DNA from: Candidatus Bathyarchaeota archaeon | GTDB taxonomy: Archaea; Thermoproteota; Bathyarchaeia; Bathyarchaeales; Bathycorpusculaceae | NCBI GenBank assembly: GCA_963767735.1 | Contig: CAVYES010000006.1 | Span: 1-64,000, forward strand | Reading direction: 5' to 3' | Length of the DNA stretch: 64,000 nucleotides | Part shown: one piece after another, positions 40,214-50,162 of the stretch | How the letters are laid out: the number at the start of each line of letters is the position of its first letter | How positions within the stretch are numbered: position 1 is the stretch's first letter | Translations under genes and position numbers: made by a program | Notes under the pieces: generated by a model | The model's database searches: none | Seen by the model: only the letters and a program-made list of their open reading frames with translations | Told to the model about the DNA's origin: nothing

Positions 40214-41069
40214 AAAGTTAAGGATAAAAAAGAAAGCTTTCTTCAGGATAGCCTTCGACATTCAAGAGTACGAAAAAAACATTATTCCCGACAAGGGATT
40301 CACTGAGAAGCTAAGAGAAAAAAACGTGGATATTTTTACTTTTCTTGATAGAAAATGGTGCTGCCCAATTCCTAATCCGCCAAGCACCTGGATAAAAAGC
40401 GAAGATAACGTTGGCTTGCTTGAAATGAAAGACTATGACAGCTGGTGGAGCAGTGTTGGAAATAAAACTCGCAACATGGTCAGGCGGGCAGAGAAAAATG
40501 GCGTAAAAGTCGATGTTGTCCAGCCAACAGAGAAATTTACTGAAGGCGTTTGGAAAATTTACAATGAAACCCCCATAAGGCAAGAACGAGCTTTCCCACA
40601 CTACGGTGAAACGCTAGATACAGTTGCTCGGAACATTTCAGCAGCCCAAAACTCCACGTTTATCGGCGCATTTTTGCAAGAAGAACTTGTCGGATTCATC
40701 CAAATTATCCACGGTGACAGCATATCCGTGATTTCCCAGATTCTTTCGATGCAGAAACATTGGGATAAAGCAGTGAACAACGCGCTTCTTGCTAAAGCGG
40801 TTGAAGTCTGCGCCTCCAATGGCGAGAGGTGGCTTATGTATGGGCGAATAGGAAACCACCCGTCACTTGACAAATTTAAAGAAAGCAACGGATTTGTCAA
40901 GTTCCCGATAACACGTTACTACGTGCCCCTGACATGGAGAGGCAGAGTTGCTACACGACTGGGGTTACATCGGGATTTTAAGGATGCCTTGCCGCGGTGG
41001 CTTAAGGATCCGCTTATTCCAGTTTTGAACTGGGCAAGCAGAAATAAGATGCGGTTGAAACTGCATTAA
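40194..41069 (+). CDS. GNAT/FemAB-like acyl- or aminoacyl-transferase
   Basis: WW..V..KTRNMVRRAEKNGV, NALL..A...C, SL.KFK..NGF. Confidence 0.72.
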   Translation: MSIRMLEKLRIKKKAFFRIAFDIQEYEKNIIPDKGFTEKLREKNVDIFTFLDRKWCCPIPNPPSTWIKSEDNVGLLEMKDYDSWWSSVGNKTRNMVRRAEKNGVKVDVVQPTEKFTEGVWKIYNETPIRQERAFPHYGETLDTVARNISAAQNSTFIGAFLQEELVGFIQIIHGDSISVISQILSMQKHWDKAVNNALLAKAVEVCASNGERWLMYGRIGNHPSLDKFKESNGFVKFPITRYYVPLTWRGRVATRLGLHRDFKDALPRWLKDPLIPVLNWASRNKMRLKLH

Positions 41070-41154
41070 GCAAAATAAGATAAAGACGCCCAGTAGCCAT
41101 AACTTATAATTATTAAGTCTCTGAATTAATCTACAAAACGGAAAAGTACTCTGC

Positions 41155-42348
41155 ATGCGTGACGAACATCCCGTAGAGTTTAACGTGCTTGATGTTGGTT
41201 CGGGAAATCAGCCGAGAGGCGACGTAAATGTAGACCTCTTCCACGGTTCTTCATCTCAGAAAAAAAGAGCCAATAACTTTGTCATCGCCGACGCCGAGTT
41301 TCTGCCCTTTAAGGATGAAGCGTTTGACGTTGCATTTTCCGCTTTCACCATCGAGCAGGTTAAAGAGCCTTTTCTTATGCTGAAAGAAATGTGCCGCGTT
41401 ACCAAAAGAAAAACAATAGTGCGGTACGCATACAAGTTGGGCAGTGGAGCAAGAGCGCCTAATCATATCCAGCTTTTTGATGAAAAATGGTTCCAGAACG
41501 CAGCTACAACACTTGGTTTTGAAAGCGTCCAGTTTACCAATAGTAGCGATTATCCAATTAGTGTAAAGGTCCTGAAAATTTTTCCAAAAAAAACTCAGAT
41601 TCGGGCTTGGGGAATTTTTCGGCGTTTTGAAAGATGGTCTAGAAAAATACGAAAAGTTCAGGTTGAGATGGAAGTTTGGATTAAGAAAAGTAAACCCCGC
41701 TTTGATTCCGCTGAGATGAAATTCGTTGTGGTTTACAACATTCCAGAGGCTTTTAGGCAATACTTTTCTTCAAGCCCCTTTGTTTCTGCCGACAAAGTGA
41801 TCGCGTACCACAACGTGAAGAATGAGCCTCTTCCGAAGTTTTACAACGAGACTGTTCGAAAGTATCTGTCAGAGGAAACATGGTTTATTTTCTGCCACCA
41901 AGACTTTGTTTTGCGAGAAGACCTGAAGTTACTTTTAAAAGAGAAAGACACTGAAGCAGTCTACGGTCCAATAGGTGTGCGTCTTGCAGCAGAACCTTTC
42001 ATGGGGCAGATAATTCAAGCTAACAATGAACCTATCGGTACCCCACTAAGCGATGACACCGTTGTCCAAACGCTTGATGCGCAATGTCTAATTGCCCACG
42101 CATCAGTTTTCAGGCAGGGGCTGTGGTTTGATGAGCGATTTCCCTTTCACTTCTATGACGCCGATTTTTGCATGAGCGCATACACCAGGGGCTTCGACGT
42201 TTTGGCCACGCAAATAAATTGTCAACATAAAAGCAGAACCTTAACTGGGGACGTCAACTCGCCCAACTACCTTGCGTCGTTGTCTGATTTCAAAAAGAAA
42301 TGGAAACGTTTCCTGCCCATAAAAACATCGACAACAACCGTGACGTAA
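41155..42348 (+). CDS. Class I SAM methyltransferase fused to a GT-A (StrF-like) domain
   Basis: LDVGSG, DAEFLPFKDEAFD; C-terminal FCHQD, TLD, FDERF.FHFYDADFC. Confidence 0.8.
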   Translation: MRDEHPVEFNVLDVGSGNQPRGDVNVDLFHGSSSQKKRANNFVIADAEFLPFKDEAFDVAFSAFTIEQVKEPFLMLKEMCRVTKRKTIVRYAYKLGSGARAPNHIQLFDEKWFQNAATTLGFESVQFTNSSDYPISVKVLKIFPKKTQIRAWGIFRRFERWSRKIRKVQVEMEVWIKKSKPRFDSAEMKFVVVYNIPEAFRQYFSSSPFVSADKVIAYHNVKNEPLPKFYNETVRKYLSEETWFIFCHQDFVLREDLKLLLKEKDTEAVYGPIGVRLAAEPFMGQIIQANNEPIGTPLSDDTVVQTLDAQCLIAHASVFRQGLWFDERFPFHFYDADFCMSAYTRGFDVLATQINCQHKSRTLTGDVNSPNYLASLSDFKKKWKRFLPIKTSTTTVT

Positions 42349-42406
42349 AATCTGACCCTAAAGTTTAGCGTCGGCTTCTTATAAAACTCAGAAGTGTAAG
42401 CTAATT

Positions 42407-42676
42407 TTATATCAGGAGTGCTTTGAGGATTTGGTTTAGTTCTTCCCTGTTTTTGATGCTGCGAAAAATGGCTTTTCCACTTGCGTAGAGGCGGAAAGAT
42501 GTGTCTTGGAAAGTTAACTCAAAGATTATTCCAGCTATGGTGTTTTTCAATTGGGCTTTTTTTAAAATTTGGGCGATAGCCTCATCCTTTTTTTCGTACT
42601 TGAAAACTACTATAACGTCTTTTTCTTCACCGCATGTTCCCTCAATTCGCGCCACGTAATCTTCGATGGTTGCCAT
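42407..42676 (-). CDS. Small hypothetical protein coupled to sufS
   Basis: TAATG overlap; TCG motif and FRLYASGKAIF. Confidence 0.7.
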   Translation of the reverse strand: MATIEDYVARIEGTCGEEKDVIVVFKYEKKDEAIAQILKKAQLKNTIAGIIFELTFQDTSFRLYASGKAIFRSIKNREELNQILKALLI

Positions 42677-43905
42677 TAGAGCTGATCAATCTCCTTTAAG
42701 ACTTCAACGAAACGGTCAACTTCCTCGCGGGTGTTGTAAATGTAGAAGCTTGCCCGGTCAGATGAGTGAAGCTTTAGAATTTGCTGATGAAGAGGCTGCG
42801 CGCAATGGTAACCGCTTCGTATCATTATTCCATAGTTGTCACAGATAAGCGCAACATCATGCGACGATAATCCTTTAACGCTGAAAGGTATTATTCCACA
42901 TTTCTTGGTAAGGTCATTGGAGCCGTAAATTGTAACTTTGGTGCATTCTTGCATGCGTTCAATTGCATACTTAGTTAACGCTTTCTCATGGCATAGCACG
43001 TTGTCCATGCCTACTGCTTCAAGATACTTCACTGCTTCAGCTAAACCAACAGCGCCGCCAATGTTAGGCGTGCCTGCCTCAAACTTCCACGGCAGCTCAT
43101 TCCAACTTACGCTACACCCCGCGCCCAAGAACTCTACTTCCTTAATCATTTCTCCGCCACCTTGAAAAGGCGCCATCTTTTCCAGCAAATCTTTTTTGCC
43201 GTAGAGCCCCCCGATGCCTGTTGGACCAAGCATTTTGTGTCCGGAAAAAGCCAGAAAATCCGCATCCAAATCCTGAACATCAACCTTCAAATGCGGCACA
43301 GACTGTGCCCCGTCAACCAGCATTAACGCGCCATTTTCATGGGCAACTTTCGCGATTCGTTTAACATCATTAATTATGCCTGTGACATTTGAAACTTGGC
43401 TCAAGCACGCGATCTTTGTTTTGCTTGAAAATTTGCCCTCAAAATCATCGTAATCCAATGTGCCGTCCAGATTTACGTTGGCATATTTTATGGTGAACCC
43501 TTTAAGTTTAGAGATGATTTCCCAAGGCACAATGTTGCTGTGATGCTCCATTAAGGAAACTAAAACTTCATCATCTTTGCATAAGCTGTTTAGTCCCAAA
43601 GAATATGCAACTAAATTGATTGCTTCTGTTGTGCCTCTAACAAAAACAAGTTCGGAGGCGTCTTTGGCGTTGATGAATTTAGCGATTTTTTCCCGTGAAT
43701 TCTCATAAAAATCAGTGGCTTCTAAAGATAAAGTGTGGACTGCTCTGTGTACATTGCCGTTGTGGTTTTCATAGAAGCTGCTTACCGCGTCTATTACTTG
43801 ATGGGGCTTTTGTGTGGTGGCGGCGTTATCAAAATAAATTAGGGGATTGTTGTTTACTTGCCGTTTTAATATTGGAAAATCTTGCCGAATCGCTTCTACG
43901 TCCAC
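42676..43905 (-). CDS. sufS: Cysteine desulfurase, group II
   Basis: YFDNAATTQKP, EHHSN, SGHKMLGP, RSGYHCAQP, RASFY. Confidence 0.95.
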   Translation of the reverse strand: MDVEAIRQDFPILKRQVNNNPLIYFDNAATTQKPHQVIDAVSSFYENHNGNVHRAVHTLSLEATDFYENSREKIAKFINAKDASELVFVRGTTEAINLVAYSLGLNSLCKDDEVLVSLMEHHSNIVPWEIISKLKGFTIKYANVNLDGTLDYDDFEGKFSSKTKIACLSQVSNVTGIINDVKRIAKVAHENGALMLVDGAQSVPHLKVDVQDLDADFLAFSGHKMLGPTGIGGLYGKKDLLEKMAPFQGGGEMIKEVEFLGAGCSVSWNELPWKFEAGTPNIGGAVGLAEAVKYLEAVGMDNVLCHEKALTKYAIERMQECTKVTIYGSNDLTKKCGIIPFSVKGLSSHDVALICDNYGIMIRSGYHCAQPLHQQILKLHSSDRASFYIYNTREEVDRFVEVLKEIDQL

Positions 43906-43907
43906 GA

Positions 43908-44426
43908 TTACTTCTCAGCCTTCTTCTCGTCCTCTGCCTTCATTCTCTTTGACAGCATCTTTGAAAGTTCTTCCTCTTCCAACGCCTGCTTCTCCTCGAA
44001 CGTATGCTCCGCCGGCATCCAGCTTGGAGCAGCAACATTTCTTTGCGTGAAATATTGCCGTATTGCCCGTTTCAGCGCGCCTACCGCAAGGACTCCGCAG
44101 TGGAATTTGACGCTTGGCAACCCGCCGATTTCCTCAGTGACTCTCTTCCAAGTTATCTCTTCCCAAGCTTTCTCAAGAGTTAAACCCTTAATCATCTCAG
44201 TTACAATGCTTGATGTGGCGATGTTGGCGGCGCAGCCGTAGCTTTCAAAGCTTGCCTTCTCAATAACGTCTTTATCGGTTATTTTCAGGTAGAATGTTAT
44301 CATGTCTCCGCAAGCTGGGTTTCCAGCGACTGCTACTACGGTGGCATCTTCCATTTTTCCCAGGTTCTTGGGGTGTCTAAATAAATCCATAACTTTTGGG
44401 TTGTACGGTAATGGTATACGTGACAT
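43908..44426 (-). CDS. iscU: Fe-S scaffold IscU/NifU with charged C-terminal extension
   Basis: GNPACGD, YGCAA, KFHC. Confidence 0.92.
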   Translation of the reverse strand: MSRIPLPYNPKVMDLFRHPKNLGKMEDATVVAVAGNPACGDMITFYLKITDKDVIEKASFESYGCAANIATSSIVTEMIKGLTLEKAWEEITWKRVTEEIGGLPSVKFHCGVLAVGALKRAIRQYFTQRNVAAPSWMPAEHTFEEKQALEEEELSKMLSKRMKAEDEKKAEK

Positions 44427-44427
44427 A

Positions 44428-45651
44428 CTAATGCACTCCTGTTGAGCCAACTATCCCTCTAATACGATTGACAGCTGTAGGTAAAGCTTCTAAAACGTAG
44501 GCTATATCCTCTTCTGTGTGGCTACGCGTGACTTTCATCAGAATGCTGCCGTGAGCTTCCTCGAATATGCGTCCAATAGCGATAAGAACATGGCTTGGCT
44601 GCAAAAGTCGGCGGCTGCATGCGCTTCCGCTGGAAACGTAGATGCCTTTGAGGCTAAGTTCAATGGTTAATGCTTCGCCTTCAGCTCGCAGGAAACTAAC
44701 ATTAGCGTTGTCGGGGGACCGTTTATCGCCTTTTGGACCGTTAAAACGCAAGTCATCAAGCTCGCCAAATATGCCTTCAACCAGCATGTCCCGCAGCTTT
44801 CGCATCTTGGTGGTGTTTGCTTCGAAGTTTTGGAATGCAAGCTCCGACGCCTTGGTGAAGCCGACAATTAACGGGGTGTTTTCGACTCCTGGCCAGAGCT
44901 TCTGTGTTCCAATCTGTCCTTCCAAAATGCGCTCCATGTTTACGCCGTCACGCAGATACATTGCACCCATGCCTCGTGGTCCCTGAATCTTGTAGCTGCT
45001 GATAGTGGCTAAGTCCACGTTTAAGTCTTGCACGTTAAAGGGAATCCTGCCATAAGCATCTGACGCGTCGGTGTGGAAGAGCGCCCCCGGATTTTTGGCT
45101 TTAACAATATCTACCGCTTCTTTGATCGGTTGCACTGTCCCAATTTCATTGTTCACGGCTGAAACGCTTACAAGAATCGTGTCGTTGTCGACTGCTTCTT
45201 TGAGTTTCTCAAGGTTGATGAAGCCTTCATGATTGACTTTGACTTTTTGGGTGGTGAAACCGAACTTCTGCATCATCTCAGCGACTTGCATCACGTTTAC
45301 TGGTTCGATTTCAGATATGATGATTTTTTTGCCTTTGCTTTTTTGCGCAAAACATGTGCCCATGATGGCTAAGTTGTTGGCTTCTGTTTCACCTGGAGTG
45401 AAGGTTATTTCTTCCAGGATTTTTGCGCCCATTGTCTTGCTGATTTTTTGGAAACAGTTCATTATGACTTCAAAAGCTTCCCAGCCTGGCTTATGCGTGA
45501 GCGTAGGGTTGCCATAGGCTTTCTTGTCAAAATAAGGCAACATCTCGTCAACCACTTCTTTAGGAACTATGCTGGAGTTCTCGTTGTCAAGGTAAACCTC
45601 GTGCGTTATACCTTCATGCAGTTTAAGGAGTTCTTTCACGTTTTCAACCAT
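44428..45651 (-). CDS. iscS: Cysteine desulfurase, group I (divergent)
   Basis: YGNP, TEANN, NNEIGT, HTDA, SSYK (PLP Lys), SSGSACS, SHVL. Confidence 0.85.
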   Translation of the reverse strand: MVENVKELLKLHEGITHEVYLDNENSSIVPKEVVDEMLPYFDKKAYGNPTLTHKPGWEAFEVIMNCFQKISKTMGAKILEEITFTPGETEANNLAIMGTCFAQKSKGKKIIISEIEPVNVMQVAEMMQKFGFTTQKVKVNHEGFINLEKLKEAVDNDTILVSVSAVNNEIGTVQPIKEAVDIVKAKNPGALFHTDASDAYGRIPFNVQDLNVDLATISSYKIQGPRGMGAMYLRDGVNMERILEGQIGTQKLWPGVENTPLIVGFTKASELAFQNFEANTTKMRKLRDMLVEGIFGELDDLRFNGPKGDKRSPDNANVSFLRAEGEALTIELSLKGIYVSSGSACSRRLLQPSHVLIAIGRIFEEAHGSILMKVTRSHTEEDIAYVLEALPTAVNRIRGIVGSTGVH

Positions 45652-45797
45652 AGAGTATCCTCCTGTTTTGAGGGATAATATAACTCGTTACATTGCTAGT
45701 ATCTAGTTCAAATAGAAAAATGTAGCTGAAAAAACCGTTTTCGCAACGGCTAATTCTATTAATCAGCTAGTTCAATAACTGATAAATCAACGAATTA

Positions 45798-48044
45798 ATG
45801 GCGAGTTCAAAGTTGAAGATTGCAGAGTTGCCCGTACCCGAATCAGTTAAAGATATCCTGCTTAACTCGGGAATTACCGAATTGTTTCCGCCGCAGGAAG
45901 AAACTATACGAGCAGGAGTGCTTGAAGGCAAAAACATTCTTTTAGCCAGCCCAACCGCCTCGGGCAAAACTTTGATTGCTGAACTCTGCGGTCTCAAGCA
46001 CATTTTGGAAAAGAATGGCAAAGTAATTTATCTCTCGCCACTTCGAGCGTTGGCAAGTGAAAAGTTTGAGGAATTCAGGAAATACTCATCTATCAGAAAG
46101 GTGAGCGGAAGAAAAGTCAGCGTTGGCATCAGCACGGGCGATTTTGATACCGCTGACAATTGGCTTGAGCGCTATGACATTATAGTTACCACAAATGAGA
46201 AGGCGGATTCGCTTCTGCGGCACCGTGCCAAATGGATGGATGAAATTTCCCTAGTTGTGGCGGATGAGGTTCACCTTTTAAACGATGCAGGTCGTGGTCC
46301 AACCCTTGAAGTGGTGTTGGCTAGGCTACTGCAGGTTAATCCTGACATTCAGGTTTTAGCGTTAAGCGCCACTATAAACAACGTGGACGAAATCGCGTCG
46401 TGGCTGAAAGCCAACTACATTGTGACTGAGTGGCGTCCAGTGTCGCTTAAGGAAGGCGTGTTGCTGAATGAGGAAATTCAGTACAAGGATGGCGATGCAA
46501 GAAAAATCGAGAAGAAAACGCGGTACCCAACAGTAAATTTGATACTGAACACGCTGAAGACGGGTGGGCAAGCCCTCGTTTTTGCTTCGACAAGGAAAAA
46601 CTCGGTTTCAGCCGCAAAAACCATTGCCCAACACACGGGCGAAGTGTTATCTAAGCCTATGAAGCGGACGCTGGAGCATGAAGCAGAAAAAATCCTCTCT
46701 GCGGGCGAGCGGACGCAAATCAGCGAAACTCTCGCTGAGCTTGTTAGGTGCGGCACAGCTTTTCACCATGCTGGCTTAGCGGGGGTTCATCGTAAGTTGA
46801 TTGAGGATTCGTTTAAGGAGGGAAAAATCAAAGTTTTAACCGCCACGCCCACGCTGGCGTTCGGCGTTAACTTGCCTGCGCGAACGGTTATTATTCAGGA
46901 TTACAGGCGTTTTGAGCCAGGCTACGGCAACTACCCAATCAGCGTGCTTGATTATAAGCAGATGGCGGGAAGGGCGGGGCGACCAAAATACGACAAAGTC
47001 GGCGAATCAATCCTTATCGCTAAAACCTCCGATGAAGCAGACTACCTGATGGAAGGCTACGTTTTAGCTAAAACCGAGCGGATTTGGTCCAGGTTAGGGG
47101 TTGAAAAAATAATCCGCGGGCACGTGTTGGCAACGGTCGCTTCAGATTTTGCGCACTCCGAACAGGGGATTTACGAGTTTTTCGGCAAAACCTTCTACGC
47201 TTACCAATACGACGTTAAGGCAATCAAGGGCATTATCGGCAAAATCCTTGAGTACCTCTATGAAGAGAAAATGATTGATTACGTCGGAGACAACCTCTGC
47301 GCCACAAAGTTTGGGAAAAAGATAAGTGAACTCTACATTGACCCGCTCTCAGGAGTGGTAATCCGCGATGCCCTGAAAAACAAGCCCGCTTCCCTGACAG
47401 ATTTTGGCATGCTTCACTTGGTTTCGCACACGCCCGACATGGGACCAGTTATGAGACCCTACGCGCGAGAGTGCGATGCATTGGCGGTTGCGCTTGAAGA
47501 GCGAAAAGACGAGTTATTCACTGATATTCCAAACGAGCGGGGCGACCACTTCGAGTACGAGCAGTTTTTGGGCGAAATCAAAACGGCGTTGGTTATGAAG
47601 AGTTGGATTGAGGAAGTCAGCGAAGAAAAACTCATTGAACAGTTTAACGTGCAGCCCGGAGACTTGTATCGGACCATTGAGAATGCGAAGTGGCTGCTTC
47701 ACGCCACCGACGAGTTAGCTTCACTTTTCGGAGAAAAAGAAGTTCTGCCGCTAACTAACGAGTTGATTGAACGTGTTGCTAAAGGCATAAAGAAAGAGCT
47801 ACTGCCCATCGTCAAGCTGGAAGGCGTAGGCAGAGTCCGCGGACGCATCATGTACAATGCAGGCTACCAAACCATAGAAGACATAAAGCACGCATCAATC
47901 GAAGAATTGACGAATTTGCCACTTGTTGGTCCAAGGTTAGCTAAGAAAATCAAGGAACAAGTCGGTGGATTCGTAAAAAAGGATACATGGGAAAAGCTTG
48001 ACAAAGAGCCAGAATTTAAGCAAAGGGCGATGTCTGACTTTTAA
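45798..48044 (+). CDS. hel308: Hel308 (Ski2-like) DNA helicase
   Basis: PTASGKT, DEVH, LSAT, FHHAGL, TPTLAFGVNLPA, QMAGRAGR, GVGRVRGR HhH. Confidence 0.95.
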   Translation: MASSKLKIAELPVPESVKDILLNSGITELFPPQEETIRAGVLEGKNILLASPTASGKTLIAELCGLKHILEKNGKVIYLSPLRALASEKFEEFRKYSSIRKVSGRKVSVGISTGDFDTADNWLERYDIIVTTNEKADSLLRHRAKWMDEISLVVADEVHLLNDAGRGPTLEVVLARLLQVNPDIQVLALSATINNVDEIASWLKANYIVTEWRPVSLKEGVLLNEEIQYKDGDARKIEKKTRYPTVNLILNTLKTGGQALVFASTRKNSVSAAKTIAQHTGEVLSKPMKRTLEHEAEKILSAGERTQISETLAELVRCGTAFHHAGLAGVHRKLIEDSFKEGKIKVLTATPTLAFGVNLPARTVIIQDYRRFEPGYGNYPISVLDYKQMAGRAGRPKYDKVGESILIAKTSDEADYLMEGYVLAKTERIWSRLGVEKIIRGHVLATVASDFAHSEQGIYEFFGKTFYAYQYDVKAIKGIIGKILEYLYEEKMIDYVGDNLCATKFGKKISELYIDPLSGVVIRDALKNKPASLTDFGMLHLVSHTPDMGPVMRPYARECDALAVALEERKDELFTDIPNERGDHFEYEQFLGEIKTALVMKSWIEEVSEEKLIEQFNVQPGDLYRTIENAKWLLHATDELASLFGEKEVLPLTNELIERVAKGIKKELLPIVKLEGVGRVRGRIMYNAGYQTIEDIKHASIEELTNLPLVGPRLAKKIKEQVGGFVKKDTWEKLDKEPEFKQRAMSDF

Positions 48045-48170
48045 ATTCTCAACTCAGGTCGCGCTTTTTTTTGTTTGCCTATAACAACGCCAAAGTTTTT
48101 CATATAAGATTGTTGTGCACGTTTATATCTGTAGACCTGCTGAAATGGCTAAAACAAGGAATTTGGGTAA

Positions 48171-48659
48171 ATGGCAACTCCGAAGAAACCGTATTTAAAA
48201 CGAGATGTTGGAATTGTTTTGTTTATAACACTCCTTGTCGTAACTGTATTTACAGTGTACCTTTTTGAAAGTCAACAGATTAAGACGGCAAACATAAATC
48301 CCTTTACAAATAGCGGTCACTCACCTTCCAGTCCTCAAGCTCCAACGCCATACCCAAGTCCAACCGTTGTTATTAATGAAATCCAAGTATCAGGTACAAT
48401 CAATATAGCAAGTTTGGAAACTCAGCCTATATCAATAGAATTTTTGGATACTGCGACAAATTCAGGATATTTCGCATCAATTCAAAATGGGTTTTATAGC
48501 ACGTCTCTTCCAAATCAACAGACTTATGATGTGTTTGCCACTTGGGGCGGGTCAACAGTCAATATTAACGGCGTACCGACAAGTGCCTACGGTATGGGAA
48601 CATTCAACCTTAATGCAGGCGTTGGAATAACGTCAATTACAAAAAACTTCTCAGGCTAA
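48171..48659 (+). CDS. Membrane-anchored surface protein (N-terminal TM, Pro/Ser linker, beta-rich domain)
   Basis: VGIVLFITLLVVTVFTVYLF TM segment; SPSSPQAPTPYPSPT linker. Confidence 0.7.
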   Translation: MATPKKPYLKRDVGIVLFITLLVVTVFTVYLFESQQIKTANINPFTNSGHSPSSPQAPTPYPSPTVVINEIQVSGTINIASLETQPISIEFLDTATNSGYFASIQNGFYSTSLPNQQTYDVFATWGGSTVNINGVPTSAYGMGTFNLNAGVGITSITKNFSG

Positions 48660-48680
48660 AGGAATGAACCGAGTTAGGCT

Positions 48681-48696
48681 GAGAGAGAGAGAGAGA
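48681..48696 (+). repeat. (GA)8 microsatellite
   Basis: GAGAGAGAGAGAGAGA; pyrimidine tract on the minus strand just 3' of purB. Confidence 0.7.
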
Positions 48697-48718
48697 AGAA
48701 AACTGTTAAGCACGAAAA

Positions 48719-50068
48719 CTAAAGGTTGTTAGTATCGGCTTTTGCGAATTTTTCTGCTTGTTTAACTGCCGTGCCCAAATAGTTCTTGGGGTTTAAAGCT
48801 TTGTCTATCTCTTTTTCGCTCAGTTTGCGACTTACCAATTTGTCGTCGAGGAGAACTTGCTTGAAATCCAGCCTTTCCACTGCACTCTGAATTGTCAGTT
48901 TCCTAAGCATCTCGTGTGCTTCTTGCCTGTTCACGCCCTTTTTTGTCAACGCCATCATCACGGCTTCCGACATGGCGCGTCCCTGCGTAAGGTTCAGGTT
49001 CTGCAGCATCCGCTCTTTATCGATTCGCAGGTTAGCGACGATATTGCACATCAAACTAAGCATGTAATCAACAAGGATGTTTGATTCGGGCAGAATGAAC
49101 CGCTCCGCTGACGACTGAGTTAAGTCCCGCTCATGCCACGTAATCATGTCTTCCAGCGCTGGCATGCTGAGGCTTCGGACGATTCGGGCTAAACCGCAGA
49201 CGCGTTCGCATGTTTCAGGGTTCTGTTTATGCGGCATTGTGGAGCTGCCGACTTGCTTGCTGGCTTCAAACGCCTCGAAGAGTTCGCCGATTTCGGGTCT
49301 CTGAAGCTCCCTTATCTCGGTTGCGAAATTCTCCAGCGAAGAAGCAACCATAGCATAAATGCAAACTAGTTCAGCGTAACGGTCTCTTTGGACAATCTGG
49401 GTTGAAATCTCTGCTGCGGTTAAACCAAGCCGTTTCATTACAAGCTCCTGAATCTGCTCGGCATGCTCACCTAAACCCGCTTGCGTGCCGACTGCGCCGC
49501 TTATTTTCCCGACTAAGACGCGTTTTTTGCAATCGTTTAGCCGTTCTATGTGCCTGTTGACTTCGTAGCCCCAAACCGCAAACTTGAAACCCAAAGTAAT
49601 CGGCAAGGCATGTTGCCCGTGGGTTCTGCCAATCATCACCGTTTCCTTATGTTGAGCCGCTTGCTTTTGCAATATTCCCTTTAAATCGGCTAGCTTTTTC
49701 TCGATAAGGTTTGAGGCGTCTTTCAGCTGCAAGGCGTTCGCGGTATCTACAATGTCGTAGCTTGTTGCGCCCAAATGCACGTAGGCGCCGCTTGACCCGC
49801 AAACCTCAGAGAGCGCACGAACCAACGAGGCAATATCATGCTTAATCTCCCTTTCAATAGCTTTCACACGCTCAACCTTAACATAATTGGTGGAAGCCAT
49901 AGAAGCGATTTTTTCAGCATTCTTCCTTGGAATGTTGCCTACTTCAGCATGCGCCAAAGCCAAGGCAGCTTCAACATCAAGAAGTTTTTGAACTCGTGTT
50001 TCTTCTTCAAAGATTTTAAGCATCTCTGGCGTTCCATAACGGCCAGTATCTATAGGTAGGATAGGCAA
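48719..50068 (-). CDS. purB: Adenylosuccinate lyase
   Basis: KHD, HLGATS, GRTHGQHA, GSSTMPHKQNP, WHERDL. Confidence 0.96.
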   Translation of the reverse strand: MPILPIDTGRYGTPEMLKIFEEETRVQKLLDVEAALALAHAEVGNIPRKNAEKIASMASTNYVKVERVKAIEREIKHDIASLVRALSEVCGSSGAYVHLGATSYDIVDTANALQLKDASNLIEKKLADLKGILQKQAAQHKETVMIGRTHGQHALPITLGFKFAVWGYEVNRHIERLNDCKKRVLVGKISGAVGTQAGLGEHAEQIQELVMKRLGLTAAEISTQIVQRDRYAELVCIYAMVASSLENFATEIRELQRPEIGELFEAFEASKQVGSSTMPHKQNPETCERVCGLARIVRSLSMPALEDMITWHERDLTQSSAERFILPESNILVDYMLSLMCNIVANLRIDKERMLQNLNLTQGRAMSEAVMMALTKKGVNRQEAHEMLRKLTIQSAVERLDFKQVLLDDKLVSRKLSEKEIDKALNPKNYLGTAVKQAEKFAKADTNNL

Positions 50069-50162
50069 GTTGATGTTCCTCAAAGTGAAGGATACACACA
50101 TTAAGGATTAATGTTTTACCAATACTATTGCAGAATGTATTCTGTGTCGAGTGTGTTGTTGC

